A stretch of 24,000 nucleotides of DNA from Patescibacteria group bacterium (GTDB lineage: Bacteria > Patescibacteriota > Saccharimonadia > Saccharimonadales > OMJO01). The DNA is taken from positions 3,677 to 27,676 of the forward strand of contig JBBTTS010000004.1 in assembly GCA_038064135.1 (NCBI GenBank). Direction: 5' to 3'. Shown piece after piece: positions 14,550 to 23,081 of this stretch (position 1 is its first letter; each line of letters begins with the position of its first letter). Both the position numbers and the translations under genes were made by a program. The notes under the pieces were generated by a model. The model was not told the origin of the DNA and did not search any database. It saw nothing but the letters and a program-made list of their open reading frames with translations.

Positions 14550-14905
14550 TAGAACATTTGGAAATTTCTGGTGTTCATACTACCGTTACGCCCGAATTAC
14601 AAAAATATGTAAACAAAAAAATTGGCAAACTAGACAGGTTTATTCCACGCTATGCCCGCGAAAGCGCTCACTTTGAAGTACATTTAAAAGAATCTAAAGC
14701 AAAAGATAAAAAACAATGTACTTGCGAGGTAAAACTGCATATGCCCGGTGAAAGCTTTACCATAAAAGAATCTACTATAAATATGTTTGCAGCAGTTGAC
14801 ATTGTTGAGGCTAAGCTTAAAAACCACATTAAAAAATATAAAGAAAAACACGGCGTAGGGCGATTACATAAACGCGTCTTGACTAAACTCCGCCGCCAAA
14901 TCTAG
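14546..14905 (+). CDS. hpf: Ribosome hibernation promoting factor / RaiA family (short form)
   Basis: 119 aa with an S30AE-type fold signature: ISGVHTTVTPELQKYVNKKIGKLDRF ... FAAVDIVEAKLKNHIKKYKEK. Translationally coupled to serS. Confidence 0.85.
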   Translation: MIEHLEISGVHTTVTPELQKYVNKKIGKLDRFIPRYARESAHFEVHLKESKAKDKKQCTCEVKLHMPGESFTIKESTINMFAAVDIVEAKLKNHIKKYKEKHGVGRLHKRVLTKLRRQI

Positions 14906-14947
14906 AGATGTTGGTAAAAATACCTCGGTAATTTTTATCTGTTATTG

Positions 14948-14953
14948 TACAAT
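14948..14953 (+). promoter_or_regulatory. Candidate -10 box (TACAAT) for secA, with a roughly 40-nt leader and strong SD
   Basis: TACAAT at 14948-14953. GGAGGA at 14984-14989 lies 8-9 nt before the GTG start at 14998. This contrasts with the SD-less ATG genes. Confidence 0.4.
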
Positions 14954-14997
14954 ATATCTATTGTTCTAAAGACTGAACTGACCGGAGGATAATTCAA

Positions 14998-17601
14998 GTG
15001 AAGAAAGTACTAAAAAGAGTTCTTGGTGACCCCCAGCAACGTACCCTGAAGCGTCTAAAAAAGCGCGTCAAAGAAGTTAATGGTTTAGCCGACACATATA
15101 AAAAGATGAGTGATAAAACACTCAAAGAACAAACTGCTAAATTACAAAAACGTCTAGAAGGTGATAATCTGGATAAAATATTACCAGATGCTTTTGCGTT
15201 AGTGCGAGAGGTAGCCACTAGGACTTTGGGTCAAAGGCACTTTGATGTTCAGTTAATGGGTGGCATGGTACTACATGAAGGTAATGTAGCCGAAATGAAA
15301 ACTGGTGAAGGTAAAACATTGGTTTCGACACTGCCAGTATACTTGAATGCCTTAACTAAAAAGGGTGTTCATGTAGTTACTGTTAACGAATATCTGGCCC
15401 AACGTGACGCCGGATGGATGGGACAGATTTATGATTTTTTGAGCCTTAGTGTTGGTGTAATTATTGCCGATGAGTCGCTTACATATGACCCAAACTTTAC
15501 CAACAACGATCACGACGATGAGCGTTTCAGGCATCTTAAACCATGTACCAGACAAGAGGCGTATGCTTGCGATATTACGTATGGTACAAACAATGAATTT
15601 GGGTTTGATTATCTTCGTGACAATATGGTGCGTGAAGTTGATCAATTAAGGCAACGTGATTTGAATTTTGCAATTGTTGACGAGGTAGACTCAATTTTGA
15701 TTGACGAGGCTCGAACCCCATTGATTATTTCTGCTGCTTCGGTAACTAGTGGTGCGGCCTATCAGCAATTTTCTAAAGTGGCTCGACAGCTTAAAGACGA
15801 GAAAGACTACACCAAAGACGAAAAACGAAAGAGCGTTGTTCTGACTGATGATGGTATTGCTCACGTTGAAAAAATCTTAGGTATTGAACATCTTTATGGC
15901 ACAGAAAATATTCGAAGCATTTACCACATGGAGCAAGCATTGCGAGCTGAAGCGCTTTTTAAGCGCGATAAAGATTATGTTGTAACCACTGACGGTGAAG
16001 TTGTTATTGTTGATGAGTTTACAGGTCGATTGTTGGCTGGTAGGAGATACAACGAAGGACTTCACCAAGCTATCGAGGCCAAAGAAGGAGTTCAAGTACA
16101 AGAAGAATCAATGACATTAGCAACAATTAGCTTTCAAAACTATTTTAGATTATATGAAAAACTTTCCGGTATGACCGGTACAGCATCGACCGAGAGCGAA
16201 GAATTCCATCAGATATATAAACTGGATGTCGTAGAAATTCCGGCCAATCGCCCAGTTGTACGCGATGACAGACCAGACCGAATATACAAAACCGAACTTG
16301 GTAAATTCAAAGCCATAATTCGCGAAGTTAAAAAATTGCACCAAAAAGGTCAGCCAGTCTTAATTGGCTCAGCTTCTATTGAAAAAAATGAGTTACTAAG
16401 TAGCTTATTAAAAAAAGATAATATCCCACATCAAATGCTTAACGCCAAAAATAATGAACGTGAAGCGGCTATTATTGCCAAGGCCGGACAAAAAGGCGGA
16501 GTTACTTTAGCCACCAACATCGCAGGCCGTGGTACCGACATTGTTCTAGGTGAAGGCGTAAAAGAAATTGGGGGTTTGGTTGTTATTGGATCGGAACGTC
16601 ATGAATCAAGGCGTGTCGACAATCAACTTCGAGGTCGATCTGGACGTCAGGGAGACCCAGGTTTAACACATTTCTTTGTAAGTACCGAAGACGATTTGAT
16701 GCGTATATTTGGTGGCGACCGAATAGGCTCAATAATGCAACGACTAGGGGTTGACGACGAAACACCAATAGAAAATCGCGTAATAAGCAAAAGCCTTGAG
16801 GCCGCACAAAAGAAAGTCGAAGGTTATAATTTTGATGCTAGAAAAAATGTTGTTCAATACGACGATGTAATGAATCGTCATCGACGAGCTACCTATACAA
16901 TGCGTCGCGAAATTTTGCTACAGGCCGAAATTAAAAAACGAATAAAATTATTTATCGAAGATGAAGTGCGAATTTTGGCGCAATCACCTGACAAATTGAG
17001 CGATAAATTCGAAGAAATTATCACAGACGTATTTCCGTTTAATTCATCTACGCTAGACAGGCTATTCGATACTGATGCTACCAAATTTGAAGAAGCAATA
17101 AAAAGAGAAGCTAATGAACTTTACGAATCACGCGAACTTGCATTCACTACAGAGGTAATGCGAAAAATTGAAAGAGATATTTATCTTCAAGTCTTGGACA
17201 ATTTATGGATGCAGCATCTTGAAAACATGGAGCACTTACGTGAAGGGATTGGCTGGCTAAGTGTTGGACAACGCGATCCATTAGTAGAATATCGTCGACA
17301 ATCACAAATAATTTTTGACCAAATGCAGCTTCAGTTAAGGCGTGACGTGGTTAAGGCCATATTTAATGCTGAACCTGTTGCCGCCGATGAGCTTGACGAA
17401 CCAATTGAAACTGAACTTACAAGAGCTGCAAGACGATCAGTCGATAACGCCGATAAAATTATAGAACACGACGAATTTCATGAAACCGATTTTGTACCTA
17501 AAAAAGCTGGCCAAACAATCAAACGACAGACGGCTGAAAAACGAAAGAAAACCCGAAAAGCCGAACGCCAACGTCGTAAAAAAGGTAAAAGCAGAAAATA
17601 A
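14998..17601 (+). CDS. secA: Preprotein translocase ATPase SecA
   Basis: 867 aa with Walker A MKTGEGKTL, DEAD-like Walker B AIVDEVDSILIDEARTPLII, GRGTDI and RGRSGRQGDPG motifs. The basic C-terminal tail has no cysteines. Confidence 0.97.
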   Translation: MKKVLKRVLGDPQQRTLKRLKKRVKEVNGLADTYKKMSDKTLKEQTAKLQKRLEGDNLDKILPDAFALVREVATRTLGQRHFDVQLMGGMVLHEGNVAEMKTGEGKTLVSTLPVYLNALTKKGVHVVTVNEYLAQRDAGWMGQIYDFLSLSVGVIIADESLTYDPNFTNNDHDDERFRHLKPCTRQEAYACDITYGTNNEFGFDYLRDNMVREVDQLRQRDLNFAIVDEVDSILIDEARTPLIISAASVTSGAAYQQFSKVARQLKDEKDYTKDEKRKSVVLTDDGIAHVEKILGIEHLYGTENIRSIYHMEQALRAEALFKRDKDYVVTTDGEVVIVDEFTGRLLAGRRYNEGLHQAIEAKEGVQVQEESMTLATISFQNYFRLYEKLSGMTGTASTESEEFHQIYKLDVVEIPANRPVVRDDRPDRIYKTELGKFKAIIREVKKLHQKGQPVLIGSASIEKNELLSSLLKKDNIPHQMLNAKNNEREAAIIAKAGQKGGVTLATNIAGRGTDIVLGEGVKEIGGLVVIGSERHESRRVDNQLRGRSGRQGDPGLTHFFVSTEDDLMRIFGGDRIGSIMQRLGVDDETPIENRVISKSLEAAQKKVEGYNFDARKNVVQYDDVMNRHRRATYTMRREILLQAEIKKRIKLFIEDEVRILAQSPDKLSDKFEEIITDVFPFNSSTLDRLFDTDATKFEEAIKREANELYESRELAFTTEVMRKIERDIYLQVLDNLWMQHLENMEHLREGIGWLSVGQRDPLVEYRRQSQIIFDQMQLQLRRDVVKAIFNAEPVAADELDEPIETELTRAARRSVDNADKIIEHDEFHETDFVPKKAGQTIKRQTAEKRKKTRKAERQRRKKGKSRK

Positions 17602-17616
17602 AATTTTCATCAAAAC

Positions 17617-18903
17617 ATGAAACATACAGTAACAGAAGTGGTTTTAAATAATGGCGCAAAAGGTTTGTTTGTTCATATCCCGAATGCCACAGTTATGAGC
17701 TTCGAAATTAGTTTTCGGGCTGGCGATTACTTGGTCGATAAAACCAAGTGGGAAACACCCCATTTAATGGAGCATATTTTGTTAGGCGCGAATGAACTAG
17801 TACCAAAAGCGAAAGCCTTTCAAGCAGAGTTTGAAAAAAACGGTGCCTATAATAATGCTAGCACCAGCGCCTATGATATTACTTACGAGGCTGAATGTGC
17901 CGACTTTGAGTGGGATAGAATTGCCGGTTTGTTACAAACGGCGATTACTAAACCGTTATTTTTAGATGAGGAATTTGAAGCCGAGTTTGGGAACGTCCGC
18001 GAAGAACTTACTAGCCGGTCAAATAATCATTTTCGACACCTTAGCTTGGCAATGCGTGAAGCGTGCGGCTTTGTTGCACTTACCGACCACCAAAGGGTGC
18101 AATTAATGGACAATGTAAATATTCAGGATGTTCGTAACCACTATAAAAGAACACACACCACGCGCAATATGCGTTTTGTCATAGCAGGTAACTTGCCTCA
18201 TGCTCGTCAACGCCAACTCAGTAATTTGTTCCAGCAAACTGAGTTACCAAACGGCGAGGGGAGGCTAGAAATGCCAACCGAGATCCCAAAATCACTCACA
18301 AGCCCTTTGTATATAGCAAACGAAACCGTCGAAAATATTTATTTTAATCTTGATACATTTATGCTTAGGCGGTTGACCGATCCAGAATCCGATGCCCTGC
18401 AGCTAATAAACAGTATGTTAACAGAAACACTTTATTCCCGAATCTTAGGGACGGCTCGTGAAAGAGGCTTGGTATACGGTATGAGTTCGGGAATAGCCCA
18501 AACGAAAAACAGTAGCAATTGGTGGTTTTGCGCACAAGTAATGCCTAAAAACGCCATCGCTCTAATAGACATTATTAAAGAAGAACTTCTAAAAGTTCGT
18601 GCTGGTAAATTATCTGACCAAGATGTTGCCGACGCCAAGCAATATGCTTTGGGTAAATACCAACGAAGCGGTCAAACGGTAAGCGGCACTGCAGCTGGAT
18701 ATAGTAATAGATATTTCTTTGAAGAAATAATTGACGATTATTATAAAATTCCTGCTCGCATAGAAGCCATCCAAAAAGCCGACATCACCTGCATTGTAGA
18801 AGCAATGTTTAACGGTAACATTTGGGGATTTGGTGGATTAGGTAGCTGTGGAGATGATTTTTTAGGAGGCCTTCATAAGGAGCTATCTCCGCTTTGGCCC
18901 TAA
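17617..18903 (+). CDS. M16 (pitrilysin/insulinase) family zinc peptidase
   Basis: Inverted zinc motif HLMEH (HxxEH) near the N-terminus, a downstream acidic ligand region (NASTSAYDITYEAE), and a two-lobe size of 428 aa. Confidence 0.85.
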   Translation: MKHTVTEVVLNNGAKGLFVHIPNATVMSFEISFRAGDYLVDKTKWETPHLMEHILLGANELVPKAKAFQAEFEKNGAYNNASTSAYDITYEAECADFEWDRIAGLLQTAITKPLFLDEEFEAEFGNVREELTSRSNNHFRHLSLAMREACGFVALTDHQRVQLMDNVNIQDVRNHYKRTHTTRNMRFVIAGNLPHARQRQLSNLFQQTELPNGEGRLEMPTEIPKSLTSPLYIANETVENIYFNLDTFMLRRLTDPESDALQLINSMLTETLYSRILGTARERGLVYGMSSGIAQTKNSSNWWFCAQVMPKNAIALIDIIKEELLKVRAGKLSDQDVADAKQYALGKYQRSGQTVSGTAAGYSNRYFFEEIIDDYYKIPARIEAIQKADITCIVEAMFNGNIWGFGGLGSCGDDFLGGLHKELSPLWP

Positions 18904-18918
18904 ACAAAATCAGCTATA

Positions 18919-20013
18919 ATGCTTCTAGTGGACGAGATTTTAAAACAATTTAATATTCTTTCAAAAGAAATCGACACGGCAACCGATAAATTGGCCGTAT
19001 CTTCGCTACAGGACCATTTAGGTAAATTGCAGACCACCTCACAAGAATCAGATTTCTGGAAAGACAATTCTTTTGCTCAGGATGTCATGCGACAGATTTC
19101 AAATTTGCAAGCTCGTATAAGTCCATGGCAAGAGTTAAAGCAAAAAATCTCTGACGCTATTGAAATTGCTAAGCTGGATGACCAAAGTCTTTTACCAGAC
19201 CTTAATAAACAGTTTTTAGAGGCTCAATTAGACTTACGAAATTTAAAACAGCAACTCAAATACTCTGGACCATACGACGATCATTCGGCAATTATCAGTA
19301 TTCACGCCGGAGCAGGTGGGACTGATGCCCAAGATTGGGCAAGTATGCTGCTTCGCATGTATGTCCGGTTCTGTGAAAAAACTGGGTTAATTACGAAAAT
19401 GATCGATGAATCACCAGGCGAAGAAGCAGGAATTAAAAGTACTACATTAGAGGCCTCGGGACAATTTGCATTCGGAAAATTTAAAGGCGAACATGGCGTA
19501 CATAGGCTGGTTCGACTGAGTCCATTCAACTCAGATAATTTAAGACAAACTAGTTTCGTGAAGGTTGAAGTTGTGCCAAAAATAGAAAAACCCGAAGAAG
19601 TTCAAATAGATGAAAAAGATTTAAAAATTGATGTTTATCGTAGTGGCGGTCGTGGCGGCCAAAGTGTCAACACCACTGATTCAGCTGTGCGAATCACGCA
19701 CCTCCCAACCAATGTAGTTGTGGCAATTCAGAATGAGCGAAGTCAATTACAGAATAAAGAAACAGCTCTAACCATCTTAAGGTCCAAATTAGCTCAACTA
19801 CAAATCGAGCAACATGCTGAAAAAATCAGCGAATTAAAAGGTCCAAATGAGCAGGCGGCATGGGGCAATCAAATCCGCAGTTACGTTTTACACCCATATA
19901 AGCAAGTTAAAGATTTACGCACTCGTTATGAAACTAGTGATCCAGATGCAGTTTTAGATGGAAATATTGAACCATTTATTAACGCATATTTAGATTTTAC
20001 AATCGGATCGTAA
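18919..20013 (+). CDS. prfB: Peptide chain release factor 2, encoded without a programmed +1 frameshift
   Basis: RF2-specific SPF tripeptide (RLSPFNS) and GGQ loop (SGGRGGQSVNTTDSAVRITHLPT). A single uninterrupted 364-aa frame. The start is ambiguous (ATG 18919 or GTG 18928). Confidence 0.92.
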   Translation: MLLVDEILKQFNILSKEIDTATDKLAVSSLQDHLGKLQTTSQESDFWKDNSFAQDVMRQISNLQARISPWQELKQKISDAIEIAKLDDQSLLPDLNKQFLEAQLDLRNLKQQLKYSGPYDDHSAIISIHAGAGGTDAQDWASMLLRMYVRFCEKTGLITKMIDESPGEEAGIKSTTLEASGQFAFGKFKGEHGVHRLVRLSPFNSDNLRQTSFVKVEVVPKIEKPEEVQIDEKDLKIDVYRSGGRGGQSVNTTDSAVRITHLPTNVVVAIQNERSQLQNKETALTILRSKLAQLQIEQHAEKISELKGPNEQAAWGNQIRSYVLHPYKQVKDLRTRYETSDPDAVLDGNIEPFINAYLDFTIGS

Positions 20014-20046
20014 ATTTATTGATCCAATAAAGGCCAAAGTGCTTTC

Positions 20047-20055
20047 TGCTATAAT
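20047..20055 (+). promoter_or_regulatory. Extended -10 promoter (TGcTATAAT) 8 nt upstream of the ftsE ATG; leaderless-type
   Basis: TGCTATAAT at 20047-20055, ATG at 20064, no SD. Confidence 0.5.
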
Positions 20056-20063
20056 ACTCATGC

Positions 20064-20768
20064 ATGATATTACTCGACAGGGTAACAAAAGTTTACGGCA
20101 AATCCAACAACGCGCTTGATCGTGTAAGTTTGCACGTCGAAGCTAAAGAATTTGTAATTATTGTTGGCAAAAGTGGTGCCGGAAAATCTACATTATTAAA
20201 GCTGCTTACCCGCGAGGAACGTCCAACTAGCGGTAAAATTGTCGTGGGCGGGCTTGATTACGATAAATTAAAAGACAAAGATATCCCACTTCTGAGGCGA
20301 AAAATCGGCGTGGTATTTCAAGACTTTAAATTATTACCAAACCGAAATGTATTCGAAAATGTAGCTTTTGCACTGGAAATTGTAGGCTATGGTAACAGAG
20401 AAATTCAGCACACAGTTCCAAGAGTTCTTGATATTGTAGGACTAAAAGGAAAAGAGAAGCGAATGCCTTTGGAACTTTCTGGTGGTGAACGTCAACGTGT
20501 GGCTATTGCAAGAGCTATTGTGCGTCAGCCAAAAATATTAATAGCCGATGAACCCACAGGTAATCTTGACCCAAAACACGCCTGGGATGTCATTAAAGTT
20601 TTAGAAAAAATTAATCGTTTCGGTACAACTGTACTTTTAACAACTCATAACCAAGATATAGTTAACAAACTCAAACGTCGAGTAATAACTATCGAAGATG
20701 GTCGAATTGCAAGCGATCGAGCAAACGCTAAATATTCAAACCAAACAAATCAGGCTAAATTACAATGA
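20064..20768 (+). CDS. ftsE: Cell-division ABC ATPase FtsE
   Basis: Walker A GKSGAGKST, signature LSGGERQR, Walker B ILIADEPT, H-loop TTHN. ATGA overlap with ftsX. Confidence 0.9.
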   Translation: MILLDRVTKVYGKSNNALDRVSLHVEAKEFVIIVGKSGAGKSTLLKLLTREERPTSGKIVVGGLDYDKLKDKDIPLLRRKIGVVFQDFKLLPNRNVFENVAFALEIVGYGNREIQHTVPRVLDIVGLKGKEKRMPLELSGGERQRVAIARAIVRQPKILIADEPTGNLDPKHAWDVIKVLEKINRFGTTVLLTTHNQDIVNKLKRRVITIEDGRIASDRANAKYSNQTNQAKLQ

Positions 20769-21709
20769 GTCATCAATTCATCACATTTTGGCGAATTATA
20801 AAAGCTGGTATGCAAAACTTTGCCAGAAGTTTGGCGCTTGCAACCGCCGCCATTGCCGTAATGGTAATCACACTTACAATCGTATTATTTTCGGCGATAG
20901 CAAATTCAACCTTTACATACACAGTGCAGGGACTTACCGACAAAATCGATATATCAGTATATTTAAAAGATGAAGTTTCTGATTCACAACGTGACAAATT
21001 AGTTAACAATATTAAGCAACTTCAAAATGTTAAGAGTGTAAACTATTTAACAAAAGAACAGGCGTTAGAAGTCTACAAAGAAGATAATAAAAATGACATA
21101 GATTTACTTCTTGCGATTTCACAAACAGACAATCCGCTGCCGCAAACCATCCGCATTAAACCAGTAGACCCCGATAAGATCAACGAAATCAAAAGCTTTT
21201 TAGACAAAGAAGACATTAAAGCACTTCAGTCAGATGAAACATCTTATTCGGGCGCTCGGCAAGACGCAATAGATAAAATTGCAAAAGCTGCAAAATTTTT
21301 ACGACGAGCGGGTTTGGTGGGTGTAGTTGTTTTTGCGTTAGTATCGATGTTAATTATCTTCAACACTATCCGAATGTTAATTTTTAATCGTCGAGATGAA
21401 CTTACAATCATGCGGTTGCTTGGGGCAGGCAGTTGGTTTATAAAGGGCCCGTTTGTGGTTGAGACAATACTTTATGGAATAGTCTCTGCGGTAGTTTCGG
21501 TAAGCCTTTGTAATGCCGTGTTTGCTATTTCAGCCAATGCCTTTGAGGCAAGTAGTTTGGGCCTACTAGATATTGGTTATGCAAGCAAATATTTTGCAGA
21601 TCACTTCTGGTGGATATTGTTGATTCAGCTTGCAATTGGTATACTTATAGGTGCCGCATCCTCCCTAATTGCCACGCGGCGCTACCTGAAATTTAAGACC
21701 ACGAAATAA
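20765..21709 (+). CDS. ftsX: Cell-division permease-like protein FtsX
   Basis: N-terminal cytoplasmic segment, TM1, an extracellular FtsX-ECD-like domain (ISVYLKDEVSDSQRDKLVNNIKQLQNVKSVNYLTKEQALEVYK), then three C-terminal TMs. Confidence 0.87.
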   Translation: MSHQFITFWRIIKAGMQNFARSLALATAAIAVMVITLTIVLFSAIANSTFTYTVQGLTDKIDISVYLKDEVSDSQRDKLVNNIKQLQNVKSVNYLTKEQALEVYKEDNKNDIDLLLAISQTDNPLPQTIRIKPVDPDKINEIKSFLDKEDIKALQSDETSYSGARQDAIDKIAKAAKFLRRAGLVGVVVFALVSMLIIFNTIRMLIFNRRDELTIMRLLGAGSWFIKGPFVVETILYGIVSAVVSVSLCNAVFAISANAFEASSLGLLDIGYASKYFADHFWWILLIQLAIGILIGAASSLIATRRYLKFKTTK

Positions 21710-21802
21710 AGCTCTAAATATTAATAAAAACCATCAATTAAACCCGCGAAAATGGGGGTAGCTTATAGTCCCCTGGGCTTGATAAAGCATAAGAGGTGTG
21801 AT

Positions 21803-23005
21803 ATGATAAATATGGCTATGAAAACACAAAAAAAGAAAAATAGCCTAATTCAGATACTCCAACGACTACACCTAGGTGTTGTTGTACTTGTATTAGCTTT
21901 TAGTTTCGTGGCTGCTCGTACAGTACTGGCCGACAGATTCACCGACCAAATTAATCAAATCAAGCAAGAAAATAACGTTAAACAAGGCCGACTAGACGTA
22001 TTAAAAGTCGAGGCCGATGGTCTGCAGGCCACAATTAGTGCTTTGCAATCTCAAATTAATGGACTTCAGGCCCAGATAAATGAAAACCAAGCCAAAAACG
22101 ACCAGCTTCAAAAAGATATTATCGAGGCCGAAGCCGAGCTAGCCAAGCAAAAGAAACTACTTGGACAGAGCATTAAAGCTATGTATTTAGAGGGCCAAAT
22201 TAGTACCATCGAAATGTTAGCCAGTAGCAATGACTTAAGTGAATTTGTCGACAAACAACAGTATCGCGATGCAGTTAAAACCAAGATTAAAAACACAGTC
22301 GATAAAGTTACAGCCCTAAAACAACAACTAAAAACTCAAAAAGAAGAAGTCGAAAGGCTGTTAAAGGAACAAAAAATTCTTCAGGCAAACGTTGCTTCAC
22401 AGAAAGCCGAGCAAGACAGGTTGCTAGGCCTAAATGTTGGCGAACAGTCAACTGTTAATCAGCAAATGAAAGATAATTATGCTCGTATAGCTGAGCTTCG
22501 TCGCCAACAGGCTATTGAAAACGCCAAAATATTTAACGGTGTGCAGGCAGGAATTCCAGGCGGTGGTGGCTATCCTTGGGGCAACGCGTACTGTGTACAC
22601 ACTGGCCAGGTAGGCGGTGATTGCTGGAATTACGATTGGTATTTCAACGGTAGCCCATGGGATAGTTGGGGTTATGGGTTCAGAAATTGCACAAGCTGGG
22701 TAGCCTACAAATTGGCACTAGACGGAAAAAGCGGTTTTACATATTTAGGAAACGCAGCTGATTGGCCATGGGGAGCTCAAGCTCGTGGAATTTCGGTGAC
22801 ATACGGGAACGGTGCTCGCCCCGGAGATGCCGTCGTTAACCCAAATGGTTATTATGGCCATGTCATGTATGCCGAAGCGGTGCTCGAGGATGGTCGTGTG
22901 GTAGTAAGTGACTACAACCGAGCAGGTGATGGTTTATACCGCGGTCCAGAAGGCGGTAGCGCAATGGCTGTTTCACAGGCTGGTTTGTACTTTATTCACT
23001 TCTAA
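21803..23005 (+). CDS. Secreted peptidoglycan hydrolase with an N-terminal coiled-coil and C-terminal CHAP domain (PcsB-like architecture)
   Basis: SD AAGAGGTG sits 4 nt (TGAT) before ATG 21803; the ORF-track start 21752 lacks an SD. TM/signal segment LHLGVVVLVLAFSFVAARTVLA. About 200 aa of heptad-rich Q/K/E/L sequence. The CHAP domain carries catalytic Cys (FRNCTSWVAYKL) and His (YYGHVMYAE). Confidence 0.85.
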   Translation: MINMAMKTQKKKNSLIQILQRLHLGVVVLVLAFSFVAARTVLADRFTDQINQIKQENNVKQGRLDVLKVEADGLQATISALQSQINGLQAQINENQAKNDQLQKDIIEAEAELAKQKKLLGQSIKAMYLEGQISTIEMLASSNDLSEFVDKQQYRDAVKTKIKNTVDKVTALKQQLKTQKEEVERLLKEQKILQANVASQKAEQDRLLGLNVGEQSTVNQQMKDNYARIAELRRQQAIENAKIFNGVQAGIPGGGGYPWGNAYCVHTGQVGGDCWNYDWYFNGSPWDSWGYGFRNCTSWVAYKLALDGKSGFTYLGNAADWPWGAQARGISVTYGNGARPGDAVVNPNGYYGHVMYAEAVLEDGRVVVSDYNRAGDGLYRGPEGGSAMAVSQAGLYFIHF

Positions 23006-23081
23006 ACTTTATTTAAAAAATTAAAAAAGTTATTTTTATGCGATAATGTAACGACAAGTTATTTGATATTCGGAGGGAAAT

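Noticed and set aside
14906-14997. AT-rich imperfect inverted repeat (AAAAATACC..TAATTTTT) after hpf as a terminator
   Set aside because: The stem is A/T-only with a bulge, so there is no convincing stability. I kept only the -10/SD calls for secA in this spacer.
20698-20973. A 91-aa plus-strand ORF spanning the ftsE/ftsX junction in an alternative frame
   Set aside because: It overlaps two strongly supported genes that are joined by an ATGA coupling overlap. Its translation has no motifs, so it is a frame artefact.
21755-21773. GGGG(N11)CCCC hairpin after ftsX as an intrinsic terminator
   Set aside because: It has a 4-bp stem, an 11-nt loop and no downstream T-tract. It also lies just upstream of the CHAP gene SD, so read-through is more likely.
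21752-21802. ATG at 21752 as the start of the CHAP hydrolase (MGVAYSPLGLIKHKRCD extension)
   Set aside because: A strong SD (AAGAGGTG, 21791-21798) precedes ATG 21803, and the basic-then-hydrophobic signal-like segment begins right after it. The upstream ATG has no SD.
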